A stretch of DNA of 64,000 nucleotides, from positions 26,924-90,923 of the forward strand of contig JAISIR010000003.1 in the NCBI GenBank assembly GCA_031261985.1, in the 5' to 3' direction. The notes under the pieces were generated by a model. It saw only the letters and a list, made by a program, of their open reading frames with translations, was not told the DNA's origin and ran no database searches. This stretch comes from Clostridiales bacterium. Its GTDB lineage: Bacteria > Bacillota > Clostridia > Monoglobales > WRBX01. The position numbers and the translations under genes are program-made. Positions 44,383 through 53,602 of the stretch are shown here, piece by piece; the first letter of the stretch is position 1; each line of letters opens with the position of its first letter.

Positions 44383-46137
44383 ATGCCAAACAAATACAAC
44401 TTTGATGTTTACACCGATAGAACTGGCACCCACTCTGCGCAACACGACGACGCACCAGCCGACGGGTTACCTCTTTGGGTTGCCGATACCGACTTTCCTA
44501 CAGTTAAAGAAGCAAACGAAGCCATTATAAAAGCCGCCGAAAAAGGCATTTATGGCTACGAGCGATTAGGCGATGAGTATTATAAAGCTATCATTAATTG
44601 GTTCGATAGGCATCATGGTTTAAAAATAAAAAAAGATTGGGTAGTAAACACTCCAGGCGTAGTGACGGCCGTGGGCCTTGCAATTAACGCGTATACCGAA
44701 AAAGGCGAGAGCGTAATGATAAACCGCCCTGTTTATTATCCATTCTCTAATACAATTAATGCAAGCGACAGAAAGTTAATTAACAGCCCCATGGTATACA
44801 AAAATGGCGAGTACACATTAGACTTTGCCGATTTTGAAGAGAAGATTAAAAACAATAACGTAAAGCTTTATATACTCTGTTCACCTCATAATCCTATTAG
44901 TAAAGTATGGAAGAAAGACGAGCTTAAAAAGATAGGTGATATCTGCCATAAGTATGGAGTAAAAGTAATTTCCGACGAGATTCACGCAGACTTAGCATTG
45001 TTCGGTAATAAACACACACCGTTTGCCTCACTAGGCAAAAAATATGCAGATATCTCGATAACCTGCACATCGCCAAGTAAAACCTTTAACCTAGCAGGCT
45101 TGCAGATGTCTAATATAGTAATATCTAACCCTCAAATGCGCGAGAAATTTAAAAAAGCCTACACGGGCGCAGGTCTAATGTGGCCAACCTTCTTCTCTGC
45201 CTTTGCAATAGAGGCGGCATATAATAACGGCGACGAGTATTTGGCACAATTAAAAGAGTACATAGAAGGCAACTTTAAACTAGCCGAAGAGTTTTTTAAA
45301 GAAAAACTCCCTAAAGTTAAAATTGTTAAGCCAGAAGGTACATACTTAGGCTGGTTCGATTTCTCGGAATATGGCTTAACTGGCGACGAAATGGAGCACT
45401 TGCTACAGAATAAAGCTAAGCTGTTCCTAGACGGTGGCAACTGGTTTGGTCCCGAGGGCGACCAGTTCCAAAGGGTTAATATGGCATACCCGCGTTCTAC
45501 TATACAAACCGCACTCGAGAAGTTAGAGATGGCGTTAACACCTACAAACGATATAAATGCCAAGCTAGATTTTGGTGACGCGCTAGACTTAACCGATAAG
45601 GACGAAAAAATTGCACTTGCTCATTATAAATTACGAATTGCCGATAGCAATATCCCAGAAAGCGAAGCAAGGGCGATTGTATCCGACCTTTTAGTAGCAG
45701 GCGATTACAAGTTTGTATTAAATGTGTTATCTAACCCCAAAACATCGTCTAATTTAAAAGAAATTATAGTAGAAGAGACCGCCAAACACATCCCACAGGT
45801 TGAAGATTACTTTTTAAACTCTAAGTTAGTAAATGCGCAATTGTATAAAGAATATAAAGAGTTCTTAAAAGGTTTTAACGCCATCAACGGCACAGAATAC
45901 TCGATACCAAAAGAGATTCAATGGAAAAACATGCCGTCTAAGGCAGACGAGCAAATAATGTTGGGCGAATATGTATCTGACACTAAAGTAGGCACAAACA
46001 AAAGCTTAAAAAGAATTTTAGATGCGTTTGATGAAGGAACAAAAGATAGAACAAGATTACAAAAGGCAATTGATAGAAATCCACAAACAAATCTAGGGGC
46101 AACACATAAAAACACAGCAATGGGCCACAAAAGATAA
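44383..46137 (+). CDS. PLP-dependent C-S lyase (PatB/MalY-type aminotransferase) with a ~190-aa C-terminal extension
   Basis: Start at ATG 44383 after AAGGGGA. 'SPHNPISKVW', 'SDEIHADL' and 'SPSKTFNLAGL' (PLP lysine). Residues after about 395 are unrecognised. Confidence 0.75.
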   Translation: MPNKYNFDVYTDRTGTHSAQHDDAPADGLPLWVADTDFPTVKEANEAIIKAAEKGIYGYERLGDEYYKAIINWFDRHHGLKIKKDWVVNTPGVVTAVGLAINAYTEKGESVMINRPVYYPFSNTINASDRKLINSPMVYKNGEYTLDFADFEEKIKNNNVKLYILCSPHNPISKVWKKDELKKIGDICHKYGVKVISDEIHADLALFGNKHTPFASLGKKYADISITCTSPSKTFNLAGLQMSNIVISNPQMREKFKKAYTGAGLMWPTFFSAFAIEAAYNNGDEYLAQLKEYIEGNFKLAEEFFKEKLPKVKIVKPEGTYLGWFDFSEYGLTGDEMEHLLQNKAKLFLDGGNWFGPEGDQFQRVNMAYPRSTIQTALEKLEMALTPTNDINAKLDFGDALDLTDKDEKIALAHYKLRIADSNIPESEARAIVSDLLVAGDYKFVLNVLSNPKTSSNLKEIIVEETAKHIPQVEDYFLNSKLVNAQLYKEYKEFLKGFNAINGTEYSIPKEIQWKNMPSKADEQIMLGEYVSDTKVGTNKSLKRILDAFDEGTKDRTRLQKAIDRNPQTNLGATHKNTAMGHKR

Positions 46138-46166
46138 TCTTAGAAAAGAAAAACGGAGGTTATAAA

Positions 46167-47357
46167 ATGGTTTATTTAGATAACGCAGCCACAACACCTG
46201 TCCGCGATGAAGTACTAGAAGCAATGATGCCTTATTTTAAGGAAGAGTTTGGTAATGCTTCAACTTCGTATAAACTTGGGCATAACGCAAAAAACGCGTT
46301 AGAGAACTCTCGAACTAAAGTAGCCGAAGTATTAAACACAAACGCTAACGAAATCCTTTTTACTAGCGGCGGAACAGAGAGCGATAATTTTGCCATAAAA
46401 GGTTATGCTCGAGCACACGCAAATAAAGGCAAGCACATTATCACTTCAAATATTGAACATCACGCTGTCTCTCATAGCCTTAAATCTTTGCAAAAAGAGG
46501 GCTTTGAAGTTACCGAGGTGCCCGTTAATAGCGAGGGCATTGTCGAAATCGCAGAGTTTGAAAAAGCAATCAGGCCCGACACTATTTTAGCAACAATTAT
46601 GCAGGCGAATAATGAGATAGGTACCATTCAACCTATAAAAGAGCTAGCCGAAATCGCGCATAAAAACGGATTTGCTTTTCATACCGATGCAGTTCAATCC
46701 ATCGCTCATATACCAGTTGATATAAACGATTTAGGTGTCGACATGCTATCCCTTTCTGGTCATAAATTTGGTGCCATGAAAGGCATCGGCGCAATATATG
46801 TTAAAAAAGGAATCAAACTAGACATCTTTAACGATGGCGGCGGTCAAGAAAAAGGCAGACGCGCAGGCACCGAGAATATCGCTGGTATTGTAGGCTTAGC
46901 AAAAGCTTTAGAGCTAGCACAGCAAGAATTACCAGAAGAAATGCCAAGGCTATCAAAATTGCGCGACACGCTAATGGACGGGCTATTAGAGAGAATTCCT
47001 GGCAGCAGGGTAAACGGCTCTAGAACTCAGCGCGTGCCTGGCAATGTTAACATGAGCTTCCCGTATGTAGAGGGCGAAAGCATGCTAATTCATCTAGATT
47101 TAATAAACACTTGCGCCGCTTCTGGCTCGGCTTGCACAAGCGGTTCACTCGACCCATCACATGTGCTATTAGCAATAGGGTTAGACCATGCCACCGCTCA
47201 CGGTTCAATAAGGTTCTCAATAGGCAAAGACAACACCGAGGAAGACATTAAATTTGTGCTAGACAATATGCCTAAAATTGTTGAAAAATTACAAGCCATG
47301 AGCCCGTTAAAACCACAAGGTAATACAAAAATGCCAATGTATAGTAGAGCAATGTAA
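46167..47357 (+). CDS. iscS: Cysteine desulfurase (NifS/IscS type)
   Basis: 'YLDNAATTP', 'SLSGHKFGAMKGIGAIYV' and the active-site loop 'AASGSACTSG'. Confidence 0.9.
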   Translation: MVYLDNAATTPVRDEVLEAMMPYFKEEFGNASTSYKLGHNAKNALENSRTKVAEVLNTNANEILFTSGGTESDNFAIKGYARAHANKGKHIITSNIEHHAVSHSLKSLQKEGFEVTEVPVNSEGIVEIAEFEKAIRPDTILATIMQANNEIGTIQPIKELAEIAHKNGFAFHTDAVQSIAHIPVDINDLGVDMLSLSGHKFGAMKGIGAIYVKKGIKLDIFNDGGGQEKGRRAGTENIAGIVGLAKALELAQQELPEEMPRLSKLRDTLMDGLLERIPGSRVNGSRTQRVPGNVNMSFPYVEGESMLIHLDLINTCAASGSACTSGSLDPSHVLLAIGLDHATAHGSIRFSIGKDNTEEDIKFVLDNMPKIVEKLQAMSPLKPQGNTKMPMYSRAM

Positions 47358-47385
47358 TCATTGCTTACATTGTATATGATATAAA

Positions 47386-47464
47386 CAAATTGCCAGCTTG
47401 TCGGCAATTTGCACAAAAGGGCTTTAGAAGCGCAGACGCGATTTACTCGCGTCGAAGCGTATTT
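47386..47464 (+). repeat. Family H1 two-hairpin repeat
   Basis: CAAATTGCCAGCTTGTCGGCAATTTG followed by GCTTTAGAAG plus a GACGCGA/TCGCGTC hairpin. Confidence 0.85.
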
Positions 47465-47492
47465 ATAAAAATTAATTAGGGGGAAACCAAAA

Positions 47493-48311
47493 ATGAAAAA
47501 GTTTCACGTAGAAGACGGAATTTTGTGTTATGTTAATCCAAAAACAGCAGGCGAGTTTGTAATACCCGAGGGCGTTACAGAAATTGCCGACCAAGCGTTT
47601 TACGACTGCTCACAATTAACAGGCGTTAAAATTCCCGACACAGTTACCACAATAGGCGCTCTTGCGTTTGAAGGCTGCTCGTCACTAAAAGAGGTAATTT
47701 TACCCGATAGCGTTACGTCTTTGGGCGAAGGCGCGTTTGCAAATTGCGAAAATTTAGAAAGCATCGACCTATCTAGCAATATCAAAAATTTAGAAGATGT
47801 TACATTCTCTAATTGCAAAAAGTTAAAACATGTTAGTGGTTTAGACTCGGTAGAAACAATCGGTTCAAAAGCCTTTTACTTTGCAGGGCTAGAAGCAATT
47901 TCGCTTCCTAAAGGTTTAACAACGCTTGCCGACAACGCGTTTTATGGCACAAAAATTAAAAAAGTTACATTTAATGGTAGTGTCGAAAACATCGTTTCAC
48001 AAGCGTTTGTTGGTGCAAACGATATTTCGGAACTAGAGTTTAACTTTAATGGCAAAAATGCTGGCGTCATTAATTTACAACAAAACAAAAGCCGCCTGCC
48101 TATGTTGCGCAAACCTTTAATGCTAACAGTTGTTCCCGATGCTCAAACCAAGGGCTACAACGTGTACCTAGGTAACGATGATACTAACCTAGCAGACGAA
48201 GTTTATAAAGTAAGCCAAAACTACATCCAAAAGTTCGAGAAAACATCAACAGGCTTCGATTATAAAACACGTCAAGAAGTGCCTGTTTATACACCATCAT
48301 TAATAAAATAG
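47493..48311 (+). CDS. BspA-type leucine-rich repeat protein (no signal peptide seen)
   Basis: Repeats 'IPEGVTEIADQAFYDCSQL', 'IPDTVTTIGALAFEGCSSL', 'LPDSVTSLGEGAFANCENL'. Confidence 0.7.
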   Translation: MKKFHVEDGILCYVNPKTAGEFVIPEGVTEIADQAFYDCSQLTGVKIPDTVTTIGALAFEGCSSLKEVILPDSVTSLGEGAFANCENLESIDLSSNIKNLEDVTFSNCKKLKHVSGLDSVETIGSKAFYFAGLEAISLPKGLTTLADNAFYGTKIKKVTFNGSVENIVSQAFVGANDISELEFNFNGKNAGVINLQQNKSRLPMLRKPLMLTVVPDAQTKGYNVYLGNDDTNLADEVYKVSQNYIQKFEKTSTGFDYKTRQEVPVYTPSLIK

Positions 48312-48331
48312 CATAAATTTTTAAAAAAGTA

Positions 48332-48360
48332 TTGACAAATTCGCATTTTTAGAATATAAT
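48332..48360 (+). promoter_or_regulatory. Sigma-A type promoter upstream of the cys leader/cysE-cysK
   Basis: TTGACA (48332-48337), 17 nt, TATAAT (48355-48360). Confidence 0.65.
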
Positions 48361-48375
48361 ACTATATAGTAAAAA

Positions 48376-48650
48376 ACAAATTGCCAGCTTGTCGGTAATT
48401 TGCACAAAAGGGCTCCCACAAAACGCGGGTTCCATTTTGTGGGATAAGAGGAGCAACGCGGAACAAAAGCGACGTTTTTGCGAATTTTGCAAAAACTAGC
48501 CGCGTGAAGCAGTTGCATTGCGCGAAAGCGCAAAGGGCTCCCGCAAAAGCCGATTTTGCTTTTGTGGGATAAGAGGAGCAACGCGGAGCATAAGCGACGT
48601 TTTTGCGCTTTTGGCAAAAACTAGCGGAGCGTAGCAGTTGCGACGAAAGG
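48376..48650 (+). repeat. H1 hairpin plus a two-unit family U modular repeat in the cysE leader
   Basis: 48528-48646 closely matches the sequence 5' of tRNA-Cys (41666-41784, minus strand). ORF-track minus-strand ORFs here are artefacts. Confidence 0.85.
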
Positions 48651-48659
48651 AAGGTAATT

Positions 48660-48743
48660 ATGCAAACTAACAAAGCAAATTTAGTATGTTGTTGCTGCGC
48701 TTGCTGTATTAAGCAAGTTAGTTTGTGTTGCATATTTATCTAA
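48660..48743 (+). CDS. Cys-codon-rich leader peptide (27 aa, 8 Cys), not in the ORF track
   Basis: ATG at 48660, 5 nt after AAAGGAAGG. Encodes MQTNKANLVCCCCACCIKQVSLCCIFI. Lies 104 nt upstream of cysE, with a terminator and alternative pairings. Confidence 0.65.
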   Translation: MQTNKANLVCCCCACCIKQVSLCCIFI

Positions 48744-48770
48744 AAAACATTGTAAAAGTAATTAGATAGA

Positions 48771-48805
48771 TACCGTGAGCAAACTAACTTGCCCACGGTG
48801 TTTTT
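48771..48805 (+). terminator. Attenuator terminator between the leader ORF and cysE
   Basis: Stem (T)ACCGTG-A-GC / GC-C-CACGGT(G), loop AAACTAACTT, then TTTTT. Confidence 0.7.
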
Positions 48806-48846
48806 ATGTAAAAAGCAAATATGTTAATAATTTAGAGGAGAATATT

Positions 48847-49506
48847 ATGTTTATCAATATGAAAAGCGAAATCGAAGCAGCAATAAAAAACGACCCCGCG
48901 GCAACATCTAGTTTTCAAGTAAAAATGCTTTATCCTAGTGTTAAAGTATTAAAAATGCACAAGATAGCCCATTATTTGTACAAGCACAAACACTTCTTTT
49001 TAGCAAGGCTTATATCGCAGATGGCAAGGCATAAAACAGGGATAGAAATCCACCCAGGCGCAACCATCGGCAAAGGTTTATTTATAGACCACGGAATGGG
49101 CGTTGTTATAGGCGAAACAGCCGAGATTGGTGATAATTGCCTAATGTATCATGGCGTAACCCTAGGCGGCGTGGGGCTAGAAGCAACCAAAAGGCACCCA
49201 ACAATAGGCAACAACGTAATGATAGGCGCAGGCGCAAAAGTTCTAGGGAACATTACAATCGGCGATAACGTAAAAATCGGCGCAAATAGTGTTGTTCTAA
49301 AAGACGTGCCCGCTAACTCGACAGTTGTAGGCATACCCGGCAGAATAATTAACAAAAGTAATAATACAATTAATAATAAAAATAATAAAGGAGAGCAAAT
49401 TAATGAAGGTTTACAAGAACTTAACCGAATTAGTAGGAAATACCCCGTTGGTAGAACTAGCTCGATATTCAAAGGAAGAGGGGCTGCAATCCAACTTAAT
49501 AGCTAA
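48847..49506 (+). CDS. cysE: Serine O-acetyltransferase
   Basis: Start at ATG 48847 after GGAGG; the ORF-track start lies in the terminator. '[33 protein letters not shown]' hexapeptide repeats. The Asn-rich tail overlaps cysK. Confidence 0.85.
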   Translation: MFINMKSEIEAAIKNDPAATSSFQVKMLYPSVKVLKMHKIAHYLYKHKHFFLARLISQMARHKTGIEIHPGATIGKGLFIDHGMGVVIGETAEIGDNCLMYHGVTLGGVGLEATKRHPTIGNNVMIGAGAKVLGNITIGDNVKIGANSVVLKDVPANSTVVGIPGRIINKSNNTINNKNNKGEQINEGLQELNRISRKYPVGRTSSIFKGRGAAIQLNS

Positions 49507-50314
49507 GGTAGAGTATTTTAATCCACTATCTAGCGTTAAAGACCGCGTAGGGCTTGCAATGATACAAGATGCAGAAGAGAAAGGCTTGCTAAAGCCAGGC
49601 GCAACCATAATAGAGCCAACCAGCGGAAACACAGGTGTAGGTCTTGCCTTTGTATCAGCTATTAAAGGATACAAACTAATACTAACCATGCCCGAATCGA
49701 TGAGCGATGAGCGCAAAAAATTACTAGCTAATTTAGGTGCCGAGCTTATTTTAACCCCTGCCAAAGAAGGCATGAGCGGCTCAATAGCTAAAGCAGAAGA
49801 ACTTAATAAACAAATAGAAGGCTCAATAATTTTAGGTCAGTTTGTAAACCCTGCCAACCCTGCCATTCATAAAAAAACCACCGCGGTAGAGATATGGAAC
49901 GACACCGACGGTAAAGTTGATTATATAGTAGCAGGCGTGGGCACAGGCGGAACGCTAACAGGTGTGGGCGAATATTTTAAAGAGAAAAACCCTAACGTTA
50001 AAATCATTGCCGTCGAGCCAGCCGAATCGGCAGTTTTATCTGGCAAGCCAAAAGGCACGCATGGGATTCAAGGCATAGGCGCAGGCTTTGTGCCAGAGAT
50101 TTTGGATACTAAAGTAATCGACGAAATTATGCCGATAGAAACCGAAGCCGCGTATGCGACTCTTCGTAAATTAGCCAAAACAGAGGGATTATTCGTCGGA
50201 ATCTCTGCATCTGCCGCTATTACAGCCGCTTCTATTATTGCAAAAACTCAAAAGGATAAAAACATTGTAGTAATTTTGCCCGACACTGGCGAAAGATATT
50301 TATCACTTTTGTAA
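49403..50314 (+). CDS. cysK: Cysteine synthase A (O-acetylserine sulfhydrylase)
   Basis: 'NPLSSVKDR' (PLP lysine), 'PTSGNTG' and '[10 protein letters not shown]'. AAAGGAG RBS. Confidence 0.9.
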   Translation: MKVYKNLTELVGNTPLVELARYSKEEGLQSNLIAKVEYFNPLSSVKDRVGLAMIQDAEEKGLLKPGATIIEPTSGNTGVGLAFVSAIKGYKLILTMPESMSDERKKLLANLGAELILTPAKEGMSGSIAKAEELNKQIEGSIILGQFVNPANPAIHKKTTAVEIWNDTDGKVDYIVAGVGTGGTLTGVGEYFKEKNPNVKIIAVEPAESAVLSGKPKGTHGIQGIGAGFVPEILDTKVIDEIMPIETEAAYATLRKLAKTEGLFVGISASAAITAASIIAKTQKDKNIVVILPDTGERYLSLL

Positions 50315-50344
50315 TAAAATGTAGTTACAGTGTAGTTGCAATGT

Positions 50345-50375
50345 AAAAAACCACCTTGATTTGGTGGTTTTTTTA
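50345..50375 (+). terminator. Intrinsic terminator after cysK
   Basis: AAAAAACCACC / GGTGGTTTTTT. Confidence 0.8.
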
Positions 50376-50421
50376 ACGTTTAGTGACAAAAATATTACCA
50401 AAATGTAGAAAAATTTAAAAA

Positions 50422-50567
50422 TGTAACCAAAATGTTAAGTTATTGTAAAGAAAATGTAACAAAAGGCGAGTTGCCAAAATACCTAGGTTTACCCTTGCAA
50501 AAAGCCCTGTAATTTCTAATAATTTAACATTCTCTTAACACTAATTTAACACAAATTTAACTTGCAA
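50422..50567 (+). promoter_or_regulatory. Two blocks of 11-bp-phased (T/G)TAAC repeats ending at a promoter
   Basis: TGTAAC 50422, TGTTAA 50433, TGTAAA 50444, TGTAAC 50455. Then TTAAC at 50524, 50535, 50546 and 50557, then TTGCAA (50562), 17 nt, TATAAT. Confidence 0.6.
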
Positions 50568-50710
50568 TTTTCGACATTTGATTGTATAATAGAACTATAG
50601 CATTAGTATTATGCGTTCATTTTGCATACCTATATTAATGTAAGTAAAAAAACAAGCAAAAAACACAGACAACAACTCAAATAATAGATTTTTCTTAGGG
50701 GGAAATTTTT

Positions 50711-51499
50711 ATGTCAGATGAAAAGACAGAACTTACGTTCCAAGATAGCGGCGCAATTCAGATGGCTACAAGCCAAGCAATTATGACGGCAAACGCTGCA
50801 CGGATGAGCAAAAACGCAAATAAAAAAGACGAGAATTTACGTCGTCTGCCAAAAGCTTTAGCCGATCAGCCCGAGTCAGTTAAAAACCTTTACCGCGAGC
50901 TTACTAAAAAAGATAAAAAAACTTTTGCCGACCTTGTTAAAGGCGAACATATCCCACTAACTAAAGAGGGAATGACACATGTTTTAGAAAAATTTGTTGC
51001 TACTAAATCACCCGCTCAGCTTGGTAATAACTCTACAGATGAAGAAAGACTTAAAAACGATATGCTTTACCAAATGCTAGAGAGTTTAGCGCGCGCAGTT
51101 GGCGTTCCAGAAGAAGACTTACAAAAGATTCGTCGCGGCGAGGACCCTCACCCCGAAGAGCTTAAAGACACCGAGCAACAACTAAGCGCAAATAAAGAGC
51201 AAGATAAAATTGAAGTTAAGCACGCAGAAGCTAAAATTCGTGATGATTATAACAATAGCGATATATTAAAAGAAATTAGCCAGGACGATACCTTAAAGAA
51301 GCATACTAAACGTATAGAAGATGCTATGGATAAAGCTCCTGAAAAAGTAGGCAAAGAGATTAACGCTCTAGAGCGCACTTTCGATAACAGAAAATATTCT
51401 AACGAGAAGCGCAACGATATCCGTGAAGCGTTAATGCAAAAAAGCCCTAAAGTACGCGAGGCTTATGCACTACATCCGCCTGCTGGGCTATCAAAATAA
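50711..51499 (+). CDS. Hypothetical charged protein, first gene of the conjugation-module transcription unit
   Basis: GGGGGA RBS. Lys/Glu-rich with no motif recognised. Confidence 0.5.
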   Translation: MSDEKTELTFQDSGAIQMATSQAIMTANAARMSKNANKKDENLRRLPKALADQPESVKNLYRELTKKDKKTFADLVKGEHIPLTKEGMTHVLEKFVATKSPAQLGNNSTDEERLKNDMLYQMLESLARAVGVPEEDLQKIRRGEDPHPEELKDTEQQLSANKEQDKIEVKHAEAKIRDDYNNSDILKEISQDDTLKKHTKRIEDAMDKAPEKVGKEINALERTFDNRKYSNEKRNDIREALMQKSPKVREAYALHPPAGLSK

Positions 51500-51532
51500 T
51501 TTAACAATAAAAAACAAGGAGTGAGATAAATC

Positions 51533-53524
51533 ATGGCTGGAGAAGGAACCGAACTAAAACAAACCTTTGGGCAAAAACTAAGCAGCACCTTTTTGAACCC
51601 ATTTATGTTCAACTATTACTTTGCAATTATTAAGGCAATCAAACGTGCTATCCAAATTGGCGATGTTGGGCCTTTAAAAGACGAGCTTAAAACTTTAGGC
51701 GAGGTAATAGATAAAAATATAGAGGCACAAGGTAATTACTTAAACAAGCTAGGTAAAGCGCGCGATGGCGTGGCAAACGATTTAAAGAAAAAGAACGTCG
51801 AGCTTGTTGATGTTAATAACGACCTTGCAGATATTGCCGATAAAAATTCGCCCGCGTATAAAGAGGCAGCAGCTAAGCGTAATGCTATACAAAAAGAGAT
51901 TAACGGGCTTAACGAAGATATGTCTAACCTAGACGGCATGATAAAGAAAAATAGTGACTTTGCCAACCAATTGCAATCTCAAAGTGCCGAGATTAAAAAG
52001 TATACGCAAATGAGTAAAGAGCAATTTAAAGGCGTCGTAAGTAGCATGGACGCTAAACGTTGTAAAGAAGTATTTTACGATAATATGTTTAAACCGTTTG
52101 AGACTACAATGAATAACATGAGCATGGGCTATGGTGCCGATAAAGATATTTTGGCATCTGCTCATAGCCAGGCAGTCCAAGGCTTTATCCCCGAGTTGCA
52201 CGATGCAATGTCTAACGCTGTTGCTATTCAGTCGGTAGGTTCAAACTTTGCTCTAGAGCGCAAGCTAACTAAAGAAGAGTGGGAGACTTTAGCGCCAGCC
52301 TTTAAGCAATTAGATGTAGCTTCAGGAAAAGCTAAAAACGCTATCCACGATAAAGCTCCAGAGCTAACTAAACAGGTTCATGAAGAGGCATTAAACGCTG
52401 TGTTTGAAAAAGCTAAGGGTAACGCCGAGTTAGTTGCCGAATTAACCGACCCTAAAAAATTCACGCAACACATGACAGATTATATGGTAGACAAAGGCTA
52501 TATGAACCTAGAGCGTCAAAAGGAAATATTAGCAGACCCAAGATTAGCACAAGTTCAAGCCAACGATATAAACGTATTAAACAACCGTGGCAGTGGTCCA
52601 GATGGTCCTAGTGTCCCAACTCCTGGCGATCTTGGGGAGCCTGCACAGGAGCCAAATATCCAAAGCCCAGGGCAAGGCACTCCGCAGGGTAATGGTCAAC
52701 CAATAAACGCTACACGACCTCAGCCTGTGCAGCTTACTTCTGAGCAAATACAAGAGTTTACTAAAGCCAACGGGTTTTTACAAAAAAATGGGATTACAGA
52801 TGAACAGATTGGCGCTGCACTTCAAGAATCATTAGCCGAAGGAAAGATTCTCCCTACCGATAGAGCGAATGATATAGCTAAAAAAATTACCGATAAATTA
52901 TACGATAACCGCGAGATTAATAACGAGCAAAAGGCGATCCTAGAAAAAACTAGGTATGAGCAATTATCCGAGGCGGCTGTAGATACAAATTTGACCGTCG
53001 GGCAAATGGAAAAAACTCTCGACCCGCACGAAAATGCGTTCGACGGTGCTAACTTAAGCGAAGCATCGCGCACGGTAGAAGCAGCCAAGGTTCGCGGCGA
53101 TCGCGTGGTAGATAAAGCTAATAAGTTTCAGATGGACCTAGATAAAACTCTAGAGCTTGAAGGCGTTTCTCAAAGAGAGCGTAACAAAATAGCTAAAAGG
53201 TATGGTAAGCAACAATATAACCAATACAAGGTAGAGTTTAAAATTATCGAAGGTACAGGCATGTTAGATTATAAAGAACCAATGCTTGTGTCACCTATTG
53301 GCGTTCCAATACTCGACCCAAGGGTTAGCAAGCACTTAAAGCAGATTGATAAACACAGAGCCATAGGCGATAAGATATATCAGCATTTTAGAGAACATGT
53401 TAAAGGTGAACTCGCTGGATTTACCGATAAAAAAGTAAATGAAGTATTAGGTTCCGAGCCAGCCAAACAACTTGCGCAGTCCAGGGCACCAAAAGGTGGA
53501 CTTCCTGCACCTTTGCCTGTGTAA
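51533..53524 (+). CDS. Large coiled-coil protein, unknown function
   Basis: AAGGAG RBS. Long heptad-like charged regions and a Pro/Gln-rich linker. Confidence 0.5.
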   Translation: MAGEGTELKQTFGQKLSSTFLNPFMFNYYFAIIKAIKRAIQIGDVGPLKDELKTLGEVIDKNIEAQGNYLNKLGKARDGVANDLKKKNVELVDVNNDLADIADKNSPAYKEAAAKRNAIQKEINGLNEDMSNLDGMIKKNSDFANQLQSQSAEIKKYTQMSKEQFKGVVSSMDAKRCKEVFYDNMFKPFETTMNNMSMGYGADKDILASAHSQAVQGFIPELHDAMSNAVAIQSVGSNFALERKLTKEEWETLAPAFKQLDVASGKAKNAIHDKAPELTKQVHEEALNAVFEKAKGNAELVAELTDPKKFTQHMTDYMVDKGYMNLERQKEILADPRLAQVQANDINVLNNRGSGPDGPSVPTPGDLGEPAQEPNIQSPGQGTPQGNGQPINATRPQPVQLTSEQIQEFTKANGFLQKNGITDEQIGAALQESLAEGKILPTDRANDIAKKITDKLYDNREINNEQKAILEKTRYEQLSEAAVDTNLTVGQMEKTLDPHENAFDGANLSEASRTVEAAKVRGDRVVDKANKFQMDLDKTLELEGVSQRERNKIAKRYGKQQYNQYKVEFKIIEGTGMLDYKEPMLVSPIGVPILDPRVSKHLKQIDKHRAIGDKIYQHFREHVKGELAGFTDKKVNEVLGSEPAKQLAQSRAPKGGLPAPLPV

Positions 53525-53602
53525 ATATTAAAAAAAGTTAAAAATTTTTTGGGGGAGCAAATCAATAAAGAATCATAAACAAAAAAATTCGAGGTGCTCT
53601 AT

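Noticed and set aside
48321-48733. Minus-strand ORFs 48321-48617 and 48362-48733
   Set aside because: They are antisense to the family U repeat and to the Cys leader ORF. The near-identical repeat at 41666-41880 yields similar pseudo-ORFs, so these are repeat artefacts.
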